This document shows positions 1 through 7,013 of a DNA stretch of 31,543 nt, piece after piece. This stretch comes from an uncultured bacterium (GTDB lineage Bacteria > AUK180). Under the pieces are notes generated by a model. The model saw nothing but the letters and a program-made list of their open reading frames with translations. It did not search any database and was not told the origin of the DNA. Position 1 is the first letter of the stretch. The number at the start of each line of letters is the position of its first letter. The position numbers and the translations under genes were made by a program. The stretch is taken from the NCBI GenBank assembly GCA_937863565.1, contig CALMGJ010000036.1, positions 1 to 31,543 on the forward strand, given 5' to 3'.

Positions 1-105
1 TTGAACAACCGTATAATCGAGATGGCTCAGATACTGTGTAAGGTATTGCAGGATATTCTCGTCGTCTTCGACGACAAGGATATTCCGTACCGGATTGTCT
101 TCCAT
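1..105 (-). CDS. Response regulator receiver-domain protein, 5' part only (runs off window)
   Basis: Not in the ORF track. Manual translation from ATG at 105 gives MEDNPVRNILVVEDDENILQYLTQYLSHLDYTVVQ, a typical REC beta1 acidic pocket (ILVVEDD) plus alpha1. It starts 10 nt after the cNMP gene stop. Confidence 0.85.
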   Translation of the reverse strand, partial: MEDNPVRNILVVEDDENILQYLTQYLSHLDYTVVQ

Positions 106-115
106 TCCCGCCGGA

Positions 116-571
116 TCAGATCAGCCAGAGGGAAAGTATTTCCAGGTTCTTGTTCGTCTGTCTCAATCTCATCGACAGCGTTTGAATGATGAGTTCGAGG
201 AATTTCGAGGCCACCTCGGCATCCTCGGCCCGCAATTTATCGTAACTGGTCTTGTTCATAAGAAGCAACCTGGAGTTCTCGAAGCTTCTTACCGTAGCAG
301 ACCGGGGGTAATTGTCAAAAAGGGACATTTCCCCGAAGATCTCCCCGCTTTCCAGTATCTTCAAGGTCTGATCCTCTCCCATTACCTGCCTCTCTACTCT
401 GACTTTTCCTTCTGCCAGCAGATAGAGTTCCTGGCCCTCAGACTGCTCATTGACTATGATCTCGTTAACTTTGAAAGTTTTTTCTTCGAAGTATTTCGCG
501 AACGTTTCGATGTCCTTGTCCGACCACGAGTTGAACCCCTCGAATTTTTTCAGATCAGAAGATTGTTTCAT
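116..571 (-). CDS. Stand-alone cyclic nucleotide-binding domain protein (no HTH)
   Basis: 151 aa with LYLLAEGKVRV, phosphate-binding cassette GEIFGEMSLFDNYPRSATVRS and C-helix LSMRLRQTN. It ends before any Crp HTH. Confidence 0.92.
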   Translation of the reverse strand: MKQSSDLKKFEGFNSWSDKDIETFAKYFEEKTFKVNEIIVNEQSEGQELYLLAEGKVRVERQVMGEDQTLKILESGEIFGEMSLFDNYPRSATVRSFENSRLLLMNKTSYDKLRAEDAEVASKFLELIIQTLSMRLRQTNKNLEILSLWLI

Positions 572-1838
572 TATGTTTTTCCTCCTTCCTTACTTTAAGT
601 TTTGAATCGATTATCTCTAGTTTCAGAGAGGCTACGAATTTCCCCGATGAATTGTCGGAGACCTTCACATACCAATCATAAAGGAGTTTTGCCTTCGTGA
701 AGATATTCGCTCCCTCAAGTATCATGGCAACATTGAAAAGCGATTCGATGTACATCGGATCGACGGTTTTTATCTTTTCCAGAACGGGAATTACATTTGC
801 CAGTTTCCCCATGTGTATATAAAGGAAAATAAGGGCAAGGAGAAGCGTGATGTCGTTCGAGTATTTACCGAGCGATCTTATTATCGTGTTCTCCGCTTCC
901 GAGAACTGGAAATTGTAGTAGTAGGCATAGCTCAGTATCGTAGAGATCTTCGGCGAGTCATTGCCGTTCTTCACTTCAGCCACGATGAAATCGATCAGTT
1001 TTCCCAGATCTCCCCTTCTCAGATAGTATTTGGCGATCTCGAGAACGATGCCCGGATTCTTTGGATGCCTCTTCAGCTCGGTCTCAAGGTCGATCTCGTA
1101 CTCCGGAGGAAGGATCTTTCCGATCCCCGCATGAAGGAAGTTCGTGCCTACATTGTACTTCTTCAGCTTCGAAACGATGTTATTCGAAGCTTCATATTCC
1201 CCGAGATTGAACAAAAGAACTCCGTAATTGGTAAGAAGAGTAATATCGTCCGGGAAGCTCTTGAGCCCTTCAGCAAAATACTTCTTGGCAAGCACTTGAT
1301 TCCCCAGCTCGTTGTAGATAAGGGCCATTGAATTGTAGATGATGGGATTGCTCGCATAAACGAGCGATTTTTTAAAACAGTCAAGAGCCGCTCTGTAATC
1401 CTTCAGCTCCCAGTTCAAGAATCCTAATTTGTTTAATAGTTCAGGATCTGTTATCTTGGGATTGGTCTTATTGATAAGCGCGATAGCATCTTCGCAGCGG
1501 CCCAGTAATTCCAGGTAATCCACAAGCCGAGGGAGATATTTCGGGTCCAGGGAAAAGCGGTAGATCATGAGCCCCAAGAACCTTTCAATCTCGCCCGAAA
1601 ATTCCCAAGCTTCTTCAAGATCGTCAAGATTGCCCACTTTGAGTTTTCCGGAGAACATTTCCTTCGTTGCCAGATATTTCAATCCGATAAACGAGAAAAG
1701 CACTTCATTGTCGTCGGCCAAGTCTTCAGGTTTGGACTCTGCCAGCATTTCATAGGCTTTCTTGTGGTCTCCGGATTTCAGGGTCCTGACAAAATCTTCC
1801 TTCCTAAATGAACTTTTCTTTCCGCCGAACAGTGCCAT
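555..1838 (-). CDS. TPR-repeat protein
   Basis: 427 aa with TPR-pattern helices (LLNKLGFLNWELKDYRAALDCFKKSL, IYNSMALIYNELGNQVLAKKYFAEGL, LLTNYGVLLFNLGEYEAS). Overlaps the downstream gene. Confidence 0.85.
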   Translation of the reverse strand: MALFGGKKSSFRKEDFVRTLKSGDHKKAYEMLAESKPEDLADDNEVLFSFIGLKYLATKEMFSGKLKVGNLDDLEEAWEFSGEIERFLGLMIYRFSLDPKYLPRLVDYLELLGRCEDAIALINKTNPKITDPELLNKLGFLNWELKDYRAALDCFKKSLVYASNPIIYNSMALIYNELGNQVLAKKYFAEGLKSFPDDITLLTNYGVLLFNLGEYEASNNIVSKLKKYNVGTNFLHAGIGKILPPEYEIDLETELKRHPKNPGIVLEIAKYYLRRGDLGKLIDFIVAEVKNGNDSPKISTILSYAYYYNFQFSEAENTIIRSLGKYSNDITLLLALIFLYIHMGKLANVIPVLEKIKTVDPMYIESLFNVAMILEGANIFTKAKLLYDWYVKVSDNSSGKFVASLKLEIIDSKLKVRKEEKHNETIF

Positions 1839-1840
1839 AA

Positions 1841-3268
1841 TTATTTCTTCTGTAATGAGGCTGCGATCTTCTCCGCATAGAATTGTATGTACGGATCGCC
1901 CTCGTTGAGAGCCTTGCTCAAAACACTTTTAACCGTTTCATACGGGTATGCCGAAATCGCATCCAAGGCCTTCTCTTTGAGTTCCCAGCTCATCTGGGCA
2001 TTGCCGAACAACTCTTTCTCCATCCACGCAAGTGCCGAATCGCATTTGAAATATTTTGCAGCACCCAGCGCGGCAACTGTGATGTCATAGATCGGTTTAG
2101 CCAGAAGTTCGGGCATATATGAGCACACCTCGGAATAGTTGAACATCTTCGCAAAAAATATGACCTCCTCAACTGTTGAAAGGTCATTGCTTTTAACAAG
2201 TTCGAGCATCTTATCCTTGTATTCCGTTAAACCGTAAGAAATAAGCGCACCGTAAACCTTCACAAGAACAAGCGGATTATTGTATATCTTGAGGAGTTTC
2301 TTAAGCGCTTCTTCTGATTTTGCGTTCTTTCCCACTTTTCTCAGCGAATCTACGAACGCTCCCATATATGCGGGGAAGGGATGATAGGCTTTCTCGAGTA
2401 TATAGAATTCCATCATCCTCACTCCTTCGTCATATTTGCAGAGAGATTCGAGATAGGCGCTTTCCGCCATGACGCGGACATCGGCATTCTCGTATTTGAA
2501 TATAGGGGCGAGTATCCTTGTAGCCCATTCGATCTTATACTGGCCTTTGCCAAGTTCGATCACTGCTTTGATCGCGGTAAGCAGAAAATCCGGATCATCG
2601 TCTTTTTTCAGGCTGGAGATGATCACGCTCGCACTTTCGGGCTTTCCGATCTCCACGAGGGACTGCACGGCAGCCAGTTTAATATTGCTGTCCTCCGATT
2701 TCAGAAGTTCAAGGAGTTTTCCGCTAGCTTCGCCGGCTTTCAATTTTCCCAGAGCTTTCGCGGCCGCAATGACGATATTCCCGTCGTCCGAATCCAAAAA
2801 CTCCAGCAGATCCACCGTCACTCCCGGGTCGCCTATCTCCCCGAGCACGTTGATGATCGACAGTTTCGTGAAAGGGTCCGCTGTCTTCATAACGTTCCTC
2901 ATTGCAGGAAGGGCAGGAGCGCCGATATTGATGATGAGATCAAGCGCAGATTGCCGGCCCAGGTCGTTCGTATATTCGGATGTAAGCGCCTTGGCAAGGT
3001 CAGGAACTATGATATCTCCGTATGCTTTCAGCGTTTCGACAGCGGCGGTCCTTACTTTGGCGTTCTCCGAACCGGTGAGCTCTATGAGCCGTTCTATGGC
3101 TTCTGCGAACGGAGCCTTTGAAATATTGTTCATCGCGTTAAGTATAATGCCGTACTCGGTCTTTTCGCTGGCATCAAGGTCGCGGAGTAGTTTTTTCTTC
3201 TCCCCGCCTTCGCCGCAGGAGACCAAAAGCAAAAGGCATAATAAAAATACAATCCCTTTTTTCCTCAT
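1841..3268 (-). CDS. HEAT/PBS-lyase-like repeat lipoprotein
   Basis: Signal peptide with lipobox (MRKKGIVFLLCLLLLVS-C). HEAT repeats SENAKVRTAAVETL, SDDGNIVIAAAKALGKL, SEDSNIKLAAVQSLVEI. Confidence 0.85.
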   Translation of the reverse strand: MRKKGIVFLLCLLLLVSCGEGGEKKKLLRDLDASEKTEYGIILNAMNNISKAPFAEAIERLIELTGSENAKVRTAAVETLKAYGDIIVPDLAKALTSEYTNDLGRQSALDLIINIGAPALPAMRNVMKTADPFTKLSIINVLGEIGDPGVTVDLLEFLDSDDGNIVIAAAKALGKLKAGEASGKLLELLKSEDSNIKLAAVQSLVEIGKPESASVIISSLKKDDDPDFLLTAIKAVIELGKGQYKIEWATRILAPIFKYENADVRVMAESAYLESLCKYDEGVRMMEFYILEKAYHPFPAYMGAFVDSLRKVGKNAKSEEALKKLLKIYNNPLVLVKVYGALISYGLTEYKDKMLELVKSNDLSTVEEVIFFAKMFNYSEVCSYMPELLAKPIYDITVAALGAAKYFKCDSALAWMEKELFGNAQMSWELKEKALDAISAYPYETVKSVLSKALNEGDPYIQFYAEKIAASLQKK

Positions 3269-3658
3269 CTATTTCTCCTTGAAGATCTTTATGATATACC
3301 ACTGGTTCGAAATATCCCTTACCCTCACGATGTACATAGAGGGTTCACCGCCGCCTTTCGGGGTCAATTTCACTTTCACATCGTTAACGTTCCCGAGTTT
3401 ATCGTCATATTCGAGCGTGGCAAATAGCACTTTGACATATGAATCATTGAGGGCCTTGAAGATCTCACTGATCTCCTCCCCGGCGGGTGAATAATTCTCT
3501 TTATCCACGATCATCATGAATTCTTCGTGATTGTTCACCTGAGCTATGCTGACAAGCGTTCTGACTGTGCTGTCCGGTGTTCTCCGGTCTATCGGAACAT
3601 TGCATTTTACCGCCATAAGCAGAATACAGGGTATAAATGCGTAAATCACTCTTTTCAT
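3269..3658 (-). CDS. Small exported protein or lipoprotein, possibly NTF2-like fold
   Basis: 129 aa with an N-terminal hydrophobic segment and Cys (LLMAVKC, atypical lipobox), a TPDSTVRTLV helix and a C-terminal WYIIKI strand. Its stop abuts the next ATG. The fold is inferred. Confidence 0.65.
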   Translation of the reverse strand: MKRVIYAFIPCILLMAVKCNVPIDRRTPDSTVRTLVSIAQVNNHEEFMMIVDKENYSPAGEEISEIFKALNDSYVKVLFATLEYDDKLGNVNDVKVKLTPKGGGEPSMYIVRVRDISNQWYIIKIFKEK

Positions 3659-3692
3659 AGGGTTATTTTACAGGTTTTTCGAAAAATTTCAA
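3659..3692 (-). promoter_or_regulatory. Putative sigma70 promoter, leaderless, for the 3658..1 operon
   Basis: TTGAAA (3692-3687), 16 nt, TAAAAT (3670-3665), 6 nt, ATG (3658). No Shine-Dalgarno. Confidence 0.6.
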
Positions 3693-4354
3693 GATGTTTT
3701 CTCTTTTTCCTGGAACTTCTTGATACTGGTCTTATTGCCTATGACCATGAGATGTTCGCTATCGCTCAATTTATGTTCCGGAGAAAAAGCAAGGTCGAAA
3801 GCACCTTTCTCGTTCTTGATCCCGATTATATTAAGACTGTACTTCCTTCTTATATCCAGTTCCGCGATCGTTTTATTGTAAAATGCCTTCGGGACGCGGA
3901 ATTCGGCATAACCGATATCCTGGGGCAATTCCGAAAAATCTATCGAGATCGGGTTGACGAGCGAAGAGGCCAGACGGCGGCCCGCATCGACCTCGGGGAG
4001 GATTATTTTATCGGCGCCGATCATCCCGAGCACTTTATCCTGCAGGCTGCTCGCGGCTTTCACGATCACGCATTTCACGCCGAGTTTTTTCAGGTGAAGG
4101 ACAACAAGAACGGAGGCCTCCAGATCGTCACCGACGCTTACGATGGCAGTGTCGAAATTACCGCCGCCAACGGCTTTCAAGGATACTTCATCCGTAGCGT
4201 CCAGTGTAACTGCGCTCGTGACTTTCGTTTGTATGCTCTGTACTTTTTCGGAGTCCTTGTCTATGGCAAGTACTTCCATATTAAGATCGGACAGCTTATT
4301 GCATACGGCAAGACCGAATTCCCCGAGTCCGATAACAATGAATTTATCCGCCAT
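3689..4354 (-). CDS. ktrA: Ktr/Trk potassium uptake regulatory subunit (RCK_N + RCK_C)
   Basis: Rossmann motif FIVIGLGEFG, VLAIDKD, IILPEVDAGRRLA and a C-terminal RCK_C (IAELDIRRKYSLNIIGIK). Confidence 0.93.
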   Translation of the reverse strand: MADKFIVIGLGEFGLAVCNKLSDLNMEVLAIDKDSEKVQSIQTKVTSAVTLDATDEVSLKAVGGGNFDTAIVSVGDDLEASVLVVLHLKKLGVKCVIVKAASSLQDKVLGMIGADKIILPEVDAGRRLASSLVNPISIDFSELPQDIGYAEFRVPKAFYNKTIAELDIRRKYSLNIIGIKNEKGAFDLAFSPEHKLSDSEHLMVIGNKTSIKKFQEKEKTS

Positions 4355-4364
4355 TGGATCCTCC

Positions 4365-5723
4365 TTATCCTATCAGCACCCGTTCCTCAGGATAGATCAC
4401 CTGCGACTGTACATCTCCCTTTTTAATTGAGAGGGATATGAGAGTCGGGCTCAATCTTCCGAGGAACATCATAATAATGATAATACTTTTTCCTATAAAA
4501 TTCAACTCTCCGGTCACTCCGGCGGACAAACCCACAGTTCCGAAAGCGGAAATGATCTCAAAAAGGATCCGCAGCGAACCGTCCTGGTGTTTATTCCAGA
4601 GCAGTATCGGGTTGAAGTGCATCAAGAGCATGAACGCAAAAAAGATCAGTGTGATCGAAAAAAGGAATATCGTCATCGCCTTGTAAAGCGTCAGTTGGGG
4701 TATGGTCTTCCTATTGGTTATAACCGAGCTCTTCTGCCTGATGAAAGCGCTTAGTATGAAAACAAGGATCATGAAAGTGGTGATCTTAATCCCGCCGCCG
4801 GTAGAACCGGGACAGGCGCCTACGAACATCAGGGCTTCAGTTAAAATGAGCGTTGATGTTTTCACTTCGCTCATATCCACAACATTGAATCCGGCGGTCC
4901 TTGCCGTAATGGAGTGGTAAACGGATGTAAGGACCTTCTCCTTCCCGTTCATGTGCGCCAGTGTATTCTCCCTCTCCAGAAGATAGAAGGCCAGAAAACC
5001 TATCAGAATAAAGAATAGTGTCCCTAACACGGCGAATTGGGACTGTAATGAAAGTTTTTTAAGTGATATCTTGAATTTTTTCGTAAAGAGATCAATATGG
5101 AATATTTCATGCAGAACAAGAAAACCAAGACCGCCGAAGACGATCAGAAGCGCCGATGTCACCAGCACCATGGGAGATCCGGAGAATCTTGCGAAACTCT
5201 CGTTAAAGGTGGAGAAACCGGCATTGCAGAATGAGGAGACCGAATGAAAGATAGAATGCCATAATCCTTTTATCCATCCGTATTCCGGAACGAATTTCAA
5301 AGCGAAGAAGAATGCTCCGAACGATTCAAAGATCATCGTATATCGCACAACGTTCCTGATCAGCCTTCTGATATCGCTGAAATCCTCCGTGCCGACGAGT
5401 TCCTTGATCACAAGGTGGTCTCTCATCGATAGTTCCTTCTTTAGAAGCTGAAAGAAGAAAGTGGAAATGGTCATTATCCCGAGACCGCCCAACTGTATCG
5501 AAATGAGTATTATGATCTGGCCGATTATCGTAAAATCGTCGGCAGTGCTTTTAACGATGAGGCCGGTGACGCAGACCGCGGATGTTTCCGTGAACAGGGC
5601 ATCGATCAGGCTGATAGGTACTCTACGCGAAATCGGGATCAGTAAAAGTATGGTCCCAGTAATGATAGCGCCGAGAAAAATAATGACTATCTGCAGCGGC
5701 GGGGATAGCTTTTTTATTTGCAT
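4365..5723 (-). CDS. ktrB: Ktr/TrkH potassium uptake membrane subunit
   Basis: Four pore-loop motifs: SAVCVTGL, SSFCNAGF, TARTAGF, SAFGTVGLS. Also GACPGSTGGGIKITT and C-terminal YPEERVLIG. Confidence 0.95.
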   Translation of the reverse strand: MQIKKLSPPLQIVIIFLGAIITGTILLLIPISRRVPISLIDALFTETSAVCVTGLIVKSTADDFTIIGQIIILISIQLGGLGIMTISTFFFQLLKKELSMRDHLVIKELVGTEDFSDIRRLIRNVVRYTMIFESFGAFFFALKFVPEYGWIKGLWHSIFHSVSSFCNAGFSTFNESFARFSGSPMVLVTSALLIVFGGLGFLVLHEIFHIDLFTKKFKISLKKLSLQSQFAVLGTLFFILIGFLAFYLLERENTLAHMNGKEKVLTSVYHSITARTAGFNVVDMSEVKTSTLILTEALMFVGACPGSTGGGIKITTFMILVFILSAFIRQKSSVITNRKTIPQLTLYKAMTIFLFSITLIFFAFMLLMHFNPILLWNKHQDGSLRILFEIISAFGTVGLSAGVTGELNFIGKSIIIIMMFLGRLSPTLISLSIKKGDVQSQVIYPEERVLIG

Positions 5724-5728
5724 CTGAA

Positions 5729-6085
5729 TTACTTCAGAACTTCTCTCACCCTTTCGACGATCTTTCCGAATTCGGCGGGAGCTTCGATAGCCATATTGGA
5801 AAGGACCTTTCTGTTAAGGTCTATACCGGCAAGTTTGAGACCGTTGATGAAACGGCTGTACGACATCTCGTAAGGTTCCAGGGCATTGTTCAGACGCTTG
5901 ATCCAGAGCCTTCTGAAATCCCTTTTCTTTTGCTTCCGATGGATATAGGCATAAGCGAGAGAATGGTTCACCTGCTCCTTTGCCCTTACGAATTCGCGTG
6001 ATCTCAAACCTCTGTAGCCGGAGGCCATCTTCATTATTTTCTTTTTTCTTCTTTTCCTTGCAACAGAATATCTGGCTCTTGTCAT
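5729..6085 (-). CDS. rplT: 50S ribosomal protein L20
   Basis: YAYIHRKQKKRDFRRLWIKRLN and SYSRFINGLKLAGIDLNRKVLSNMAI; position after rpmI. Confidence 0.98.
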   Translation of the reverse strand: MTRARYSVARKRRKKKIMKMASGYRGLRSREFVRAKEQVNHSLAYAYIHRKQKKRDFRRLWIKRLNNALEPYEMSYSRFINGLKLAGIDLNRKVLSNMAIEAPAEFGKIVERVREVLK

Positions 6086-6099
6086 TTTCGTCTCCTATG

Positions 6100-6297
6100 T
6101 TAACCGTTGGGAAGAAGCTTTTTTACATTGCCTGCCAATTCCTTGGAGAGAACAACGTCTTTTCTCAGTCTTCTTTTTCTCTTTGATGATTTCTTGGTAA
6201 GGATATGCCCTTTACCCTGATGCTGGATCATCACTTTGCCGCTTCCGGTGATCTTGAACCGCTTCTTCGTGCCTTTGTGCGTTTTCACCTTGTTCAT
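6100..6297 (-). CDS. rpmI: 50S ribosomal protein L35
   Basis: KVKTHKGTKKRFKITGSGKV and HILTKKSSKRKRRLR. Confidence 0.98.
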   Translation of the reverse strand: MNKVKTHKGTKKRFKITGSGKVMIQHQGKGHILTKKSSKRKRRLRKDVVLSKELAGNVKKLLPNG

Positions 6298-6830
6298 TTC
6301 TTCACTCCTTTTTTCGGTATCAGCAGTACGGTAAGGACCCTGCCCTTCAATTCGGGCTTGCCGTCCACATCGGCGTATTCCCCGATCTCGGTTACCAACT
6401 TATCGAGCATTTCATACCCTTTCTCCTGATGGAGAATGGTCCTGCCCTTGTAGAAGATCGTTGCCTTCACATGATACCCTTTTGTTAAAAACTCTATAAT
6501 ATGGTCCTTTCTATAAGAATAATCGTGCTCAGATGTCGTGGGTGAGAACTTGATCTCCTTGACTACGATCTTGACCTGGTTTTTCTTGGCTTTTTGAGCC
6601 TTCTTCTCAAGATCGTATTTGAATTTTCCCCAATCCATGATCTTGCAGATGGGTAGTGTACCGGCCTGACTTACCATGATAAGGTCAAGCCCGGCATCGC
6701 GCGCCCGGCTAAGTGCGAAATCCCTGTCGACCTCTCCCAGCATCGTACCGTTCTCGTCGATCAGTTTAACTTTCCCTGCCGGGACTCTTTCGTTGACAAA
6801 ATACTTTGCCACAAGTTCTTTTTGCGTCAA
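6294..6830 (-). CDS. infC: Translation initiation factor IF-3 (TTG start)
   Basis: ICKIMDWGKFKY, VKEIKFSP, HVKATIFYKGR. SD GGAGGT at 6841-6836, 5 nt before TTG. Confidence 0.97.
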   Translation of the reverse strand: MTQKELVAKYFVNERVPAGKVKLIDENGTMLGEVDRDFALSRARDAGLDLIMVSQAGTLPICKIMDWGKFKYDLEKKAQKAKKNQVKIVVKEIKFSPTTSEHDYSYRKDHIIEFLTKGYHVKATIFYKGRTILHQEKGYEMLDKLVTEIGEYADVDGKPELKGRVLTVLLIPKKGVKK

Positions 6831-6861
6831 ATCATACCTCCGTAAAAAAGTGAGTTTATTT

Positions 6862-6925
6862 TACAAAAAACGCATCCTGCCGGATCACACGTGGGCATCC
6901 GGCGGGGCCTAAGCCCGCTTTCAGG
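6862..6925 (-). promoter_or_regulatory. Structured 5' leader of infC-rpmI-rplT (candidate L20-type attenuator)
   Basis: Perfect 7-bp inverted repeat GCCGGAT/ATCCGGC (6879-6885 and 6897-6903), U6 tract (6870-6865) and an overlapping upstream hairpin GCGGGC-UUAG-GCCCCGC (6918-6902). Confidence 0.5.
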
Positions 6926-6931
6926 TTGTTA

Positions 6932-6969
6932 TATATAGCATATTCTGCATTCTAAGTCAAGTTTTTTTT
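6932..6969 (-). promoter_or_regulatory. Putative sigma70 promoter of the infC operon
   Basis: A-tract (UP-like), TTGACT (6960-6955), 17 nt, then TATATA (6937-6932) preceded by TGc (extended -10). The -10 is imperfect. Confidence 0.55.
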
Positions 6970-7013
6970 GATGAGAACCGGGGTCGGAGACCTGAAACCG
7001 CCGGATAGAATGC

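Noticed and set aside
1..598. Plus-strand ORFs 1..189 and 95..598
   Set aside because: The minus strand encodes clear REC and cNMP domains here.
116..3268. cNMP/TPR/HEAT cluster as an anti-phage system (Pycsar- or Avs-like)
   Set aside because: No cyclase, NTPase, TIR, nuclease or TM effector is visible, and the context is housekeeping.
2381..4430. Plus-strand ORFs of 246, 341 and 299 aa
   Set aside because: Antisense to well-supported genes; Ser/Phe-rich mirror composition.
6962..7005. Possible terminator after the 508-aa gene
   Set aside because: The stem is weak and is followed by an A-run, not a U-run, on the coding strand; the A-run fits an UP element better.
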